A DNA stretch of 62,908 nt, counting the filler, from Octopus bimaculoides (Eukaryota), in NCBI RefSeq assembly GCF_001194135.2. It is 3 parts of 3 records of this genome, joined end to end, with 100 filler letters (N's around TTAATTAATTAA, not from the genome) between each part and the next. Parts side by side here need not be neighbours in the genome. Positions count along the whole stretch, not along the records: positions 1 to 29,968 come from NC_068983.1; 2 more parts are not named here. One strand, 5' to 3'. Under the pieces are notes generated by a model. That model made no database searches and was not told the origin of the DNA. It saw only the letters and a list, made by a program, of their open reading frames with translations. Below, piece by piece: positions 1-12,687 of this stretch. How positions within the stretch are numbered: the first letter of the stretch is position 1; every line of letters starts with the position of its first letter. The translations under genes were made by a program, and so were the position numbers.

Positions 1-37
1 ATGTATATCTATGTATGTATGTATACCTGACGTTGTA

Positions 38-158
38 GGCGCAGGCGTAGCTGTATGGTAAGAAGTTTTCTTTCCGACCACATGGTTCTGGGTTCATTTC
101 CACTGCTTGCACCTAGGCGTGTGTCTATCTAGTCCTTGATATCTGACTATAATATATC

Positions 159-200
<42 letters not shown>

Positions 201-420
201 TTTGTGTCTGCTTTTGGCTCCACCACTGCTTGAAAACTAGTGTTGTTTTGTGTACGTCCCCGTAACATAGCGGTTCGGCAAAAAACAAAAAAAAGAGATT
301 GATAGAATAAATACTTAAGACTTAGAAAGAAATGCTGGGGTCGAATCGTTTGATTTAAAACACTTGAAGACGGTGCCCCAGTATGGCCGCAGTCTAATGA
401 TTGAAGCAAGTAAAAAATAA
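38..420 (+). mobile_element. tRNA-derived SINE, family A, internally deleted, with internal (TG)n
   Basis: Head ggcgcaggcgtagctgtatggtaagaag...ggttctgggttc. Tail ggtgccccagtatggccgcagtctaatgattgaagcaagtaaaa. Both match the other family A copies here. Confidence 0.85.
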
Positions 421-434
421 ACAATTTAAAGATA

Positions 435-836
435 GGCGCAGGAGTGTCTGTGTGGTAAGTAGCTTGCTTACGAGCCACATGGTTCCGGGTCCAGTCCCGC
501 TCGAGCAAGTGTCTTCTACTATAGCCTCGGGCCGACCAAAGCCTTGTGAGTGGATTTGGGAGACAGAAACTGAAAGAAGTCCGTCGTATATATGTATATG
601 TATATATATGTGTGTGTGTTTGTGTGTCTGTGTTTCCCCCCTCCAATATCACTTGACAACCGATGCTGGTGTGTTTACGTCCCCGTAACCTAGCGGTTCG
701 GCAAAAGACACCGATAGAATAAGTACTAGGCTTACAAAGAATAAGTCCTGGGGCCGATTTGCTCGACTAAAGGCGATGCTCCGGCATGGCCGCAGTCAAA
801 TGACTGAAACAAGTTAAAGAGTAAAAAGTATAAAAG
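435..836 (+). mobile_element. tRNA-derived SINE, family A, near full length, tandem to the previous copy
   Basis: Head ggcgcaggagtgtctgtgtggtaagtagcttgc, then gcaagtgtcttctactatagcctcgggccgaccaaagcc, a central TA/TG microsatellite and tail gcatggccgcagtcaaatgactgaaacaag. Confidence 0.9.
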
Positions 837-1985
837 CGTATGAACCGCACACAGACACACAGACACAGGTACCTGCACATTAAAATATGAAACGTCACAT
901 CTAACGACGTCTACCTTTATGTGTATGTATGTGCATGCTTGTGTCTGTGTATTTGTATTTGTATGTATATGTTGGAATTTGTGTTTCTGCACAGGAGCGT
1001 ATTTTCTGTGTTAATCTATTCATCGCACGCACATACGCATACACATACACATACACACTGACACAAACAAACAAAGAGGCGGCGATACCTGTTTTGCATG
1101 ACACCCTTTTATATATGCCACAAGTGAGTCATTTGAAGTTAACCTATTGACTATTAATACCCACAAAAACAAAAATCAACAACTTCCTAGTAATATTTGA
1201 ACGATTTCTATGAAAACGTTAAACTTTGCTAAAGCTGATAATCATTTTAATAACAAAACATTTTTATATTTATACTCCAAGCATTCCGCCTTTAACTATG
1301 TTGTTGTATGAGAAAATACTATGGTTAATCTCCCTATAAACTGGTGCAATTTGGAGTTCAGTATTACGTTACAAACGTAGCGTATTTGCCGGCGCATAAG
1401 ACGCGATTGTTTCATCTTTAAATGAATCAAACAAATTGCTCTGCGTCTAATGTCGTCGTATAGCGGATGTTATAGTGAGTGTTATAGGCTAGGGACCTGG
1501 ATTAGCATCAGTAACAATAATTGTTTCTAATAACAAAATATTGAAAACATGACAAAATACTGTGGTCTCTTAGCATGAAAAATTGCTTCCGGTATGTCGG
1601 CAGTTATGTGAAGAGGTCACATTATCTCATTACACCTCCTTCCCCAGAATATGTAAACCAGACGTGATATGGCTTACATTATTTAATGGCGGTGTTACCT
1701 TTAATAAACATTTAGAAATATGAAGAGAATGTTAAACTTTTATCTGCCTGGCAGCTATTTGCAATGAGTGTATGGCAACAAAAATGGTAGTTGTAGAACA
1801 CGACTCTGTTGGCCGATACTTGTTAGACAAAGCATTCTGAGCAAGAAATACGAGTCTTACTTCCAGTATGGCAGTTCTCTTACACAAAACAGAAACAACT
1901 TTACAGTTGATCTGAAATACAGTATTCGTATAACGTATTTAATAAGCGATAAACTTGTGGTTTCATTCTTTATTCCAGTATACTA

Positions 1986-2140
1986 GGCGCAAGCGTAGCT
2001 GTACGGTACAACGTTTGGTTCCCAACCACGTGCTTCTGGGTTCAGTCTAACTACGTGGCACCTTAGGCGAGTGCCTTCTACAACAGCCGCGGGCCGGTCA
2101 AGGCCTTGTGAGTGGATGTGTTAGACGAAAACTGAAACTC
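1986..2140 (+). mobile_element. Family A SINE 5' half, running into a (TATG)n array and a gap
   Basis: ggcgcaagcgtagctgtacggtac...ggccttgtgagtggatgtgttagacgaaaactgaaa aligns by eye with 435-590. Confidence 0.8.
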
Positions 2141-3052
2141 ATATGTATGTATGTATGTATGTATATATGTATGTATGTATATATGTATATATGTATGTAT
2201 GTATATATGTATGTATGTATATATATATATATATANNNNNNNNNNNNNNNNNNNNNNNNNNNNNNNNNNNNNNNNNNNNNNNNNNNNNNNNNNNNNNNNN
2301 NNNNNNNNNNNNNNNNNNNNNNNNNNNNNNNNNNNNNNNNNNNNNNNNNNNNNNNNNNNNNNNNNNNNNNNNNNNNNNNNNNNNNNNNNNNNNNNNNNNN
2401 NNNNNNNNNNNNNNNNNNNNNNATATACATATATATATATATATATGTAAAGCAGGTGTATACTGTCAACTCGATGTGACAGTCCCAATAAGGGAATCAT
2501 ACTGCTGCTATTTAGCCCTAGGAAGTTGGACCGCTTCCTGTCGGCCTTGACTTTCCTTAATAGTATGTCACCTTTGGAGAACTTCTTCATTCTCCAGCTT
2601 ATGATTTAAAGCCATTTGGCCATTGTCGTACATCTGCTAGAGGCAGAGATAATTTTAATAAATCAAGGATTTATGTTGTATGGTATTTGATATTGCTGTA
2701 TTTTTCTATATACATACAGATATGCGAATGTTTGAGTATGTGTGTATACACACCAAATTTATAGTCATACGAGGTTCCTGGAGCACAAGAGTGTCTCATG
2801 CTGCAAGAAACTGTGTCATTCTCTGACCAGGTGTGGTTAATTCTTCTTTTCTCTGATAGTTTTTCTCTCCTTTGACAAAATTTATTTTTAATACTGCTGG
2901 GTGCGACCATACCACCACTTCCTCCGTCAGTAAAATTGGTTGGGCTATATACACGATATATGCTTATACAGATATATACATTTACACCTACTTGTTCACA
3001 CACACACGCCCGCGCACGCACGCACATAATTCCCTTTTTCTATTTCCTTTTG

Positions 3053-3449
3053 TTACACTTGCTTCAGTTATTTTGACCGCGGCTATGCTGGAGAACTGCC
3101 TCAAAGTGTTTTTAGTCGAAGTAATCAACCCTATGACTTAACCTGTGTAAGCCCAGTACTTATTCTATCGGAGTCTTTTGACGAATCGCTAAGTTCCAGG
3201 GACATAAACACACCAACATCNNNNNNNNNNAAGCAAATTTGAACTCAGAACGTTATGACTGACGAAACACCGCTAAGCATTTCGTCCGGCGTGCTAACGT
3301 TTCTGCCAGCTCGCCGCTTCTCTTCAGTTTCTGTCTTCCAAGTTCGAGGCTATAGTAGAAAACACTTGGCCAAGGTGCTACGTAGTGGGAATGAACCCGA
3401 AACCATGTGGTTAGGAAGCAAGCTTCTTGCCACAAAGCCATGCCTACCT
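3053..3449 (-). mobile_element. Family A SINE (minus) with a family D head at about 3231-3318 in its middle
   Basis: Reverse complement of the A tail at 3053-3220 and of the A head at 3323-3449. Between them is tttgaactcagaacg...ctgccagctcgccgc, the family D head. Confidence 0.75.
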
Positions 3450-3731
3450 TCACATACACAAACTTGGACAGTAAAAAAAAATTTCTGTATTTTGAACTAT
3501 ATTAGAAAACAGCCAAATTAAGGAGAACCTTTCTATACTAGTGAATACCAGAGGCGAATTTCAAATATGAACATACGGGGAGACATCAGGCTGAGAAAAA
3601 TAAGGACATTTTTACTTTATTATTCATAGGTATTTAACATTAATATTACTATTAAAACTAAGAAAGAATCAAGAAAGAAAGCAATATCACTATTAAAACT
3701 ATTTATTTCATATGGGTTTATAGAAACTTTG

Positions 3732-4124
3732 GTGGAGGCGCAATGGCCTAGTGGTTAGGGCATCGGACTCGCGGTCATAGGATCGTGGTTTCGATTCCCA
3801 GACCGGGCGTTGTGAATGTTTATTGAGCGAAAACACCTAAAGCTCCACGAGGCTCCGGCAGGGGATGGTGGCGAACCCTGCTGTACTCTTTCACCACAAC
3901 TTTCTCTCACTCTTACTTCCTGTTTCTGTTGTGCTTGTATTTCAAAGGGTCAGCCTTGTCACACTGTGTCACGCTGAATATCCCCGAGAACTACGTTAAG
4001 GGTACACGTGTCTGTGGAGTGCGCAGCCACTTGTACGTTAATTTCACGAGCAGGCTGTTCTGTTGATCGGATCAACTGGAACCCTCGACGTCGTAAGCGA
4101 CGGAGTGCCAACAACAACAACAAC
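3732..4124 (+). mobile_element. tRNA-derived SINE, family C, full length, (CAA)n tail, with TSD
   Basis: A box tggcctagtggtt, B box gtttcgattcc, 3' end gacggagtgcc(aac)n. Flanked by tagaaactttg (3721-3731) and tagagactttg (4126-4136). Confidence 0.92.
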
Positions 4125-5662
4125 ATAGAGACTTTGAGTAGGCTGTTCGAAATATTAATGAGGGGAAATTTTGTTTGTGGGTGAGGATCTATGTGATCGC
4201 TGCAGTTGCTAGAAACAGCAAATCACACCTTAATATCTATAAATGGAGTGGGACTCATTAAATGAAATAGTCTTAGATACACAATGATGATGTGAAGGAT
4301 TGGCCTGTCATTGCTGGAACGCCTTCAAATATAAATCTGCTCAGGTAGGACTGACCTGTTGGTTGCTAAATAAAATCAGCAACAAAAATAGACAGAAATC
4401 GGTTGTGCTCATACATGCGCACGCTTATGCGCAGATGTAGAAAAAATAATGCTTTCTAAAATTTCGGTGCGTAGTTTCGAGTATTGTAGAGACAAGGCTT
4501 TTGCTAACTGAAGGAAATCAAGTACATTACGGATGATATTTTCTGGGACCAAGAAGAAAGAAATGTAGACACTCTGGGAGGATCTAAACTTAGAATGTAT
4601 AGGGTTACAGCTGAATGTAACAAATTTATTTAGTCCAGCACTGCACCGACTTTTAAAAAGAATAGAGATACATATCCTGACGGGAATCGAAATTTAAATC
4701 TTTTCTTTGTCGGGTGAACGTGTTACCAGTTTAACCACACTGAGTTTGCACACCGCCAAAGGAAAATAACACTGAAGAATAAAGCTAAAAGTGGTAATAA
4801 AAGAACCCTAAACAAATGCTTGCATTTATATATAACTTCGAGAAAATACCCTTGTTATTTCGTTCATTTATCCACTTGCATATAAAATATATATTTTGTT
4901 TTCAATATATACATGACTATGCTAAATTTTTCTCAAGTGCGGTCACCATTTTTATTACTTATATCACTTTTTTCCCTTCACAATAATTCAAGCTTCTATA
5001 AAATCTGAGTTTATACATAGCTGGCGGTTAATAGTTTCTAAGGAATAAATTTGTGTTTGTTTGACTTATTACACAAGCATCCACAACAATCCGGTTTTGC
5101 ACTAACCTTGATAATATCCAGTTATGAATAATCAACGACTTTCTCTTTTTGTCTCTCTCTCTCTCTTTCTTTCACTTTCTCTCGCTCTCGCTTACTTTCT
5201 GAGCTGTTGAGTCATATATGATAAGAGAATTCGCTGAATCATTTAAGAAAAAAAGAAAGAAAGAAAACATTTAAACAAAAGTATAAAAGATGACAAATCA
5301 CTACCACTTTCTCACAGACATGCACCGCTCACGTTTGTTTACATAAATCTATACAGAAAGAGCTGTTTTTGTGGTTTCACTGACGCCACGTTACTATCGC
5401 ACCCATGCACTCGAGTCCAGTGGCCAGCTTCAGTACACTCGTGCCAGACGCACGCGCCCGAGTCCTGGGGAAAATGTGGTTGTGCAAATCAAGCCAAGAA
5501 ACAAAATCCACAATGGACGAAGATGTTTAGTCTTAAGTCGGCACAGTAGCGTGATTATCTAAAGCCAGTATATCAATTCCATATTGTTGGTTAGCCCTAG
5601 GTTAGCTCTCAATGAACAGCATTCCAATTATGATTATCCAGATTTGTCTTTAGACATGATAG

Positions 5663-5823
5663 GTGCGCGTGTGTCTTGGGATTTGAGAGGCTTGCTTTCC
5701 AACCGTGTTGTCTTGGGTTCAGTCCCACTGTATGAAAACTTGGCATGTGTCTTCTTCAAATATAGTCCCGAGCACCAAAGCCTTGTGACTGGATTTGGTG
5801 GACGGAAACTGAAAGATCCCCGT

Positions 5824-5825
<2 letters not shown>
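5663..5825 (+). mobile_element. Diverged family A SINE 5' half
   Basis: gggttcagtcccact...caaagccttgtgactggatttggtggacggaaactgaaaga followed by (TA)n. Confidence 0.75.
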
Positions 5826-5867
<42 letters not shown>

Positions 5868-6049
5868 TGACCGCTAAATCCACAAGATTTTTTAATTCTC
5901 TCTCTGTTTATTGCTAGTTTAGCCTCGGATTAACTCTGATCAAGCAATCCATAAGAACAAAAGCATCTCAGCCCTATCCACCATATCCCTTTTCCTTTTT
6001 TTTTCACTGACTATATTATCTTGTGTCAGTTTCTTATTTAAGATACCGA

Positions 6050-6410
6050 GGTAGATGCAGCATAGTCAAATGGTTGCGAAGACCGTCTCGCAATCGCGAG
6101 GTACCTGCTCTCGATCCCATCTCACGGCATCCGGGGCCAGTGTCTTTTGCCATAACGTTGAATCCACTCAAGCCCTTGTGTGAGAAACTGAATAGACGGG
6201 AGCTATGTGGAAGCCTGTGGTATGAACCCGAAATTTAAAGGCATAGCCTACTCACCACCGTGTCACGCTGTGCCACGCTGTGTCACACTGTGTTACACTA
6301 ACTCTGCCCGAGACTACGAAATAGGTACACCTGTTTGTAAAGTGGCCACTTACACGCTAACTCAATATGCACCAACACAGTTGATCAAACAGCTGGATAC
6401 TCATCTACGA
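6050..6410 (+). mobile_element. Old SINE combining an A-like middle with a family B/C-like 3' tail
   Basis: tRNA-like head (agcatagtcaaatggtt...ctcgatccc), aagcccttgtgtgaga, then gtgtcacgctg...gagactacg...ggtacacctg...agttgatc resembling the family C tail. Confidence 0.55.
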
Positions 6411-6967
6411 AATCGGCGTAGACTCATTTACTTTGCTTACATTAAAATATGATTTGGAGGGTGATTTGGTTGCTATATCTAGCGGGTCTAACAAACACAT
6501 AGAATTATCTATAACTTGTTTCATTGGCTTGCTGCTGTTCTATCTTCAAAACCACTGCAGTGTGTCAATGTGTCTCTCAGAAGCTTAGCGTTACCAAACG
6601 TATAGAGATAGGAGTTGCTTCTGTACATTCTTGAAATTTTTGCATATGTTAAGGATCGTCTTTAGTTTAAGCACTGACAGAACCCCATTTGTGCTTAATC
6701 ATTGAATTATGGTATTATAGCCATTCCTCTCTACTTCTTGGCAATTTATGTCAGGAACAATACGCCTAATATATTATACATAAAAATAACACACTTTTGC
6801 CAAAAATCTTTTTAAATGAAGTACGAAAATCTTTTCGATGTCTTTTATCGTTTATTTGTTTCAGCTGTGGCTGCGGCCATGCTGGTGCATTACCTTGTGG
6901 TGTTTAGTAGAACCATCGACCTCGTACGTATTTTTTTAATGCTTACTGGTTGTTATTCTACCGGAAT

Positions 6968-7160
6968 TACTGTAATCCCTGAACTATCGCGGGTTTTACG
7001 TTCCAAAACCTCCCATAGAAATAATTAAAATCTAAGAAATATTAATACCTATCGGCCGCAGAAATCAGCGATATAAATTTACATGTATTTACCAGAAAAA
7101 TCTGCGATGTACTGATAGGTGCGTGATAGGTGAACCGCGATACGGCGAAGGATTACTGTA
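6968..7160. mobile_element. Tc1/mariner-superfamily (pogo/Tigger-like) MITE
   Basis: Left end tactgtaatccctgaactatcgcgg. Right end ccgcgatacggcgaaggattactgta, whose reverse complement is tacagtaatccttcgccgtatcgcgg. TA at both termini, no ORF. Confidence 0.7.
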
Positions 7161-7260
7161 CTATAGTTAACGATAGTAGTTTTATAGTGTACTACAGAAC
7201 ACTATAGAACATGTTCTATATTACGAACACTATAGCAGTTCGTATAGAACACTCTGAACT

Positions 7261-7592
7261 CCTCCTTTATGCATTCCGTCGGTTACGACGACGAGGGTAC
7301 CTGCTGATACGATCAACGGTATAGCCTGCTCGTGAAATTAACGTGCAAGTGGTTGGGCACTCAGCAGATATGCGTACCCCCAACGTAGTTCTCAGGGAGA
7401 CTCAGCGTGACACATAGCGTGACAAGGTCGGCCCTTTGAAATACAGGTACTACTCATTGTTGCGAGTTGAGTGGACTGGAGCAACGTGAAATAAAGTGTG
7501 TTGCTCAAGGACACAACGCGTCACCGGGAATTGAACTCACGACCTTACGATCGTGAGCCGAATGACCTAACCACTAAGCCACGCGCATTCAC
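7261..7592 (-). mobile_element. tRNA-derived SINE, family B, full length with 12-bp TSD
   Basis: Minus head gcgcgtggcttagtggttagg...gagttcaattccc, with the same tail as family C. Exact TSD acactctgaact at 7249-7260 and 7593-7604. Confidence 0.92.
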
Positions 7593-8185
7593 ACACTCTG
7601 AACTACAATAACACTATGGACTAATATAGTGTTATATGAAGGAAATTAACCAGACACGCTATCTGCATGAAAAGTTAGAATCAAGTTAATGCCATAACAT
7701 TTAATGTAGTGAGGGAGAAAATCTAATGCGATGTAAAGGAGAAAGCATCAGTTCATTGAGTAATTATTTTAATCTAACCTTGGTAAGTATGGTGAGAACT
7801 TTGGGCAATTTTTACTTTCAGATGGTTCCTGAAAGTTATATGTAATTGAAGAGTTTTAATAACAGAGAAACATGATCGTGGATGTCAACCATTTTTACGA
7901 AGGCCACGAAAGAATATCAGTAATGTATCTAATGTTTGTTGCTTCCTCATTATCTTTACACTAAGCAGATGAAATTAGAATTAGAATTAAAAATAAATGA
8001 ATGATAAATAAAATAATGATTATTTTAAAAGAAGTTGTCAGGTATCACTATAGAGCGAATTGGGAATCACCAACGAGTTTGCATATTTTGCCTCAGTATT
8101 TGCATATTTGCCTCAGAAAATTTAACATATCTCAACAAAAAAATAGTTCCAAGCATGACATTCCTCAACCAAAGTTACTGAGACC

Positions 8186-8510
8186 CCCTTCAGTCATGAC
8201 TGACCATGGGATTGTACCTAGAAAGTTACCCTCCCAGGAACAAGTCCGGGCAAGTTTGTTTATGGAAGACCATCTGTCGCCCATGCATACCAGTCTTCCC
8301 TCTCCACACCACTGATGTTATCCAAGGGAAAGGCCGATACAGATTGGCACCTGTGACGTCGCAGCTCATTTCTACAGCTGAGTGAACTGGAGCAACGTGA
8401 AATAAAGTGTCTTGCTCAAGAACACAACACGCAGCCGGGTCCCTGATTCGAACTCACAACCTCACGATCGTAAGCTCGATGCTCTAACCACTGAGCCATG
8501 CGCTTTCACA
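8186..8510 (-). mobile_element. tRNA-derived SINE, family F (B-like head and core, different tail)
   Basis: Shares ctgagtgaactggagcaacgtgaaataaagtgtcttgctcaag with family B. The distinct tail gagacccccttcagtcatgactgaccatgggattg recurs at 51107-51310. Confidence 0.85.
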
Positions 8511-9453
8511 TCAACTAAAGATAAAATAGCATATAAAAGCTACTTTCTGCAGTTATGAGTAGTGAAACTTTGAGGGGGATGTATCTGATTTCCTCAGTAA
8601 AAGGGTTAATCGTATCAGTTCTCTCATCTGCCGATAATTATAAAATATAATTTGGTGAGCAACGTTGAGAAAAACAATTAATTTCACAGTTTCATTNNNN
8701 NNNNNNNNNNNNNNNNNNNNNNNNNNNNNNNNNNNNNNNNNNNNNNNNNNNNNNNNNNNNNNNNNNNNNNNNNNNNNNNNNNNNNNNNNNNNNNNNNNNN
8801 NNNNNNNNNNNNNNNNNNNNNNNNNNNNNNNNNNNNNNNNNNNNNNNNNNNNNNNNNNNNNNNNNNNNNNNNNNNNNNNNNNNNNNNNNNNNNNNNNNNN
8901 NNNNNNNNNNNNNNNNNNNNNNNNNNNNNNNNNNNNNNNNNNNNNNNNNNNNNNNNNNNNNNNNNNNNNNNNNNNNNNNNNNNNNNNNNNNNNNNNNNNN
9001 NNNNNNNNNNNNNNNNNNNNNNNNNNNNNNNNNNNNNNNNNNNNNNNNNNNNNNNNNNNNNNNNNNNNNNNNNNNNNNNNNNNNNNNNNNNNNNNNNNNN
9101 NNNNNNNNNNNNNNNNNNNNNNNNNNNNNNNNNNNNNNNNNNNNNNNNNNNNNNNNNNNNNNNNNNNNNNNNNNNNNNNNNNNNNNNNNNNNNNNNNNNN
9201 NNNNNNNNNNNNNNNNNNNNNNNNNNNNNNNNNNNNNNNNNNNNNNNNNNNNNNNNNNNNNNNNNNNNNNNNNNNNNNNNNNNNNNNNNNNNNNNNNNNN
9301 NNNNNNNNNNNNNNNNNNNNNNNNNNNNNNNNNNNNNNNNNNNNNNNNNNNNNNNAAAGCTAGAAAAAAAAACAACCAAATAATCTTGTCTACTATAGGC
9401 ACAAGGCTTTAAATTTTGGGCGTGAAGGATAGTGCGCAACTGGTATTTATTTC

Positions 9454-9861
9454 GCGCAGGAATGGCTGTGTGGTAAGTAGCTTGCTTACCAACTACATGG
9501 TTTCGGGTTCAGTCCCACTGCGTGGTACCTTGGGCAAGTGTCTTCTACTATAGCCTCGGGCCGACCAAAGCCTTCTGCGTGGATTTGGTAGATGGAAACT
9601 GAAAGAAGCAAGTCGTATATATGTATATATATGTGTGTGTGTATATGTGTGCATATGTTTGTGTGTCTGTGTGTGTGCCCCCAACATCGCTTGACAACCG
9701 ATGCTGGTGTGTTTACGTCCCCGTAACTTAGCGGTTCGGCAAAAGAGATCGATAGAATAAGTACTAGGCTTACAAATGATAAGTCCTGGGGTCGAATTGC
9801 TCGATTAAAGGCGGTGCTCCAACATGGCCACAGTCAAATGACTGAAACAAGTAAAAGAGTA
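9454..9861 (+). mobile_element. Family A SINE, full length, inserted into a minus-strand family D SINE (about 9385-9968)
   Basis: Complete A head, microsatellite and tail. D tail remnant (ctactataggcacaaggc) on the left and D head remnant (gaaaggcaaagtcgctctcggcagaagttgaactc) on the right. Confidence 0.85.
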
Positions 9862-10837
9862 TGAAAGGCAAAGTCGCTCTCGGCAGAAGTTGAACTCAAA
9901 ACGTAAAGAATGGCGAAAGGCTAAGCATTTTATCCGGCGTGTTAACGATTCCGCCATTTCACCGTCTTTCTTTCACAGATTAATAAAGACTCATGGGAGC
10001 AACAAAAAGTTCCTCTTCCACCGCTCCCCACAAAAAAAAGAAACGTGATTTACAAGAAAAGAGAAAAGAACAAAAATGAATATGTTCTGGGATATTGTAA
10101 GTCTGAGAAAAAAACAAACAAAGAAATAAATGGGATTATCACAACCATTATTTAGCTGGATTCTATCAGATATAGACTTTATCTGATTCAAGGCTTTATC
10201 TAATTTTAAGAACGGCAAGGCTTCATCTGGTTTTATGAACCGTAATTCTTTATCAAGAATTCTTTTATATCTCGGATTAAATATTTCACAGGTTCTTATA
10301 GATATGATGTGTAAATATTTACAAAGTATGAGGAACAATTAAGCCAAAGAAAATCAGAAGAAAAAAAAGGAAAGAAAGCGAAAAGAGCGGTTTGAAAACA
10401 GAGCATTTATACCATTAAATTCACGAATGCGACAGCTGAAATAAGACCTCACAGTAACAGTTGAAAGACTAAGATACAAGTCAACATATCACAAACGGAA
10501 AAATTGATGTAACATAAACACCAGATTTTCGAAACATGTAACATTTACTCGCCCGAGGATCATTGAAGTACACCTGCTCTTCTGTGCAATGAGTGAGAAA
10601 TATAAAAACACGCACGCACACACAGACACACACGGACACGGACACACAAACAAACACACACAAGTATATAAATAACATGATCTAAACCGATACCATTTGT
10701 TTGCCTGCTCATAGATTCATTCTACTCTACTAAGAGAAGACTAGTATAAGGTATTTTCCCGACGCTCTAACTCGCCCCGCTCTCTCTTTGTTGCTCTTTC
10801 GGAGTGAGTGAACGTGTGTGTGTGAGTGTGTGTGTGT

Positions 10838-10875
<38 letters not shown>

Positions 10876-10884
10876 TATATCCAA

Positions 10885-11208
10885 AGTGAAGGCGCGTGGC
10901 TTAGTGGTTAGGGCATTCGGCTCGCGATTGTAAGGTCGTGAGTTTAATTCCCGGCGACGCGTTGTATCCTTGAACAAGACACTTTATTTCACGTTGCTCC
11001 AGTCCATTCAGCTGGTAAAATGAGCAATACCCGTATTTCAAAGGGCCAACCTTGTCATACTCTGTGTCACGCTGAATCTCCCAGAGAACTACGTTAGTGG
11101 TACACGTGTCTGTAGAATGCTCAGTCACTTGCACGTTAATTTCACGAGCAAGCTGTTCCGTTGATCGCGTCAGATGGGACTCTTGTCTTCGTAACCGACG
11201 GAGTGCTC
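10885..11208 (+). mobile_element. Family B SINE, full length
   Basis: gtgaaggcgcgtggcttagtggttagggcattcggctcgcgattgtaaggtcgtgagtttaattccc...gtaaccgacggagtgc; the reverse complement of 7275-7592. Confidence 0.9.
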
Positions 11209-11272
11209 CTTTTGATTATACCTAAAACTGTGTGTGTGTGTATAATATATATATATATATATATATATTATG

Positions 11273-11653
11273 TCCAAAATTAGGGAAAGGCGTAGATAAG
11301 ATCCAGACTACATCCGTTTCATAGCTAACAGAACATCGGAAATAGTAATTCCTCAAACAAGGGGCAATAATGCTAGCTACTCGTTAGTTCGAAGATATAT
11401 TAATCAAAAGAAGCTTACATTGTCGTCAAGAGATCCCATGTTGACACTCTCTAGAGATTCAATCGGAAATGACTCATGCAAGTAAACATGGGATCCCTCG
11501 GCAACAATATAAACTTCTTTTGATTAAGGTATCCTCGGCCCGACGAGTAGCTAGCGGATTATCCCTAATTTGGATAATTACTACTTCCAGGGTTCTGCTA
11601 GCTGTGAAATATACGTAGCCTAGATTTTATCTACTTCATTCCCTAATTTAGAA
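11273..11653. mobile_element. Foldback/MITE-like element with about 170-bp imperfect inverted arms
   Basis: Arm 11273-11445 aligns with the reverse complement of 11482-11653, e.g. gctagctactcgt/acgagtagctagc, ttaatcaaaagaag/cttcttttgattaa, gatcccatgtt/aacatgggatc. Confidence 0.85.
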
Positions 11654-11790
11654 TTTCTATTCGCATATACAGCAATCTCAGCTGCTAATCGTTTATCGAA
11701 CGGGAACAATTTACAACCTTCTACACTACTAAACCATTACTGTTCCTGAGAGATGTTTTTTTATATTTTGTATCTATGTACTGCTCGACT

Positions 11791-11999
11791 TGTGGAGGCG
11801 CAATGGCCCAGTGTTTAGGGCAGCGGACTCGCGGTCATACGATCGCGGTTTCGATTCCCAGACCGGGCGTTGTGAGTGTTTATTGAGCGAAAACACCTAA
11901 AGATCCACGAGGCTCCGGTAGGGGATGGTGGCGAACCCTGCTGTACTCTTTCACCACAACTTTCTCTCACTCTTACTTCCTGTTTCTGTTGTACCTGTA
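11791..11999 (+). mobile_element. Family C SINE, 5' part, cut by a gap
   Basis: Nearly identical to 3732-3940. Confidence 0.9.
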
Positions 12000-12687
12000 N
12001 NNNNNNNNNNNNNNNNNNNNNNNNNNNNNNNNNNNNNNNNNNNNNNNNNNNNNNNNNNNNNNNNNNNNNNNNNNNNNNNNNNNNNNNNNNNNNNNNNNNN
12101 NNNNNNNNNNNNNNNNNNNNNNNNNNNNNNNNNNNNNNNNNNNNNNNNNNNNNNNNNNNNNNNNNNNNNNNNNNNNNNNNNNNNNNNNNNNNNNNNNNNN
12201 NNNNNNNNNNNNNNNNNNNNNNNNNNNNNNNNNNNNNNNNNNNNNNNNNNNNNNNNNNNNNNNNNNNNNNNNNNNNNNNNNNNNNNNNNNNNNNNNNNNN
12301 NNNNNNNNNNNNNNNNNNNNNNNNNNNNNNNNNNNNNNNNNNNNNNNNNNNNNNNNNNNNNNNNNNNNNNNNNNNNNNNNNNNNNNNNNNNNNNNNNNNN
12401 NNNNNNNNNNNNNNNNNNNNNNNNNNNNNGGTGTGAAAACACCTAGTTTATTCAGCGTCGCCATCTCTCGGGAATTTCAGAGATCGTTGTTTCGAGTTAT
12501 TTGACGCTTGTCAAATACCTAAGAAGTGATTCTTTATTACGATAATAATATCATATATTTAGGGGACAATACAGGGCATTACAAGCAAATAATACTTTTA
12601 TGAGTTCATTTTAGAAGTGTTTTTTAAAAAATATAATGATTTTTATATTAAAAATTTAACACATATTACAAATTTCCAGTTTTACAT

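Noticed and set aside
1378-1470. Tc2/pogo-like mini-MITE (cgtatttgccggcgcataagacgc ... gcgtctaatgtcgtcgtatagcgg)
   Set aside because: Only about 10 bp of convincing inverted match and no clear TSD.
2755-2945. Exon-like open frames on both strands
   Set aside because: Plausible AG/GT pairs exist on each strand with unrelated peptides and no recognisable domain, so they cannot be told from chance.
3732-3810. tRNA genes at SINE heads (also 10885, 11791, 15062, 21950, 22720)
   Set aside because: A/B boxes are present, but the cloverleaf is incomplete and each continues into a SINE body and tail, so they are tRNA-derived heads.
5371-5562. GC-rich ORF MVSLTPRYY... and a minus-strand acceptor at about 5467
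   Set aside because: No motif in any frame and no convincing donor; left unassigned.
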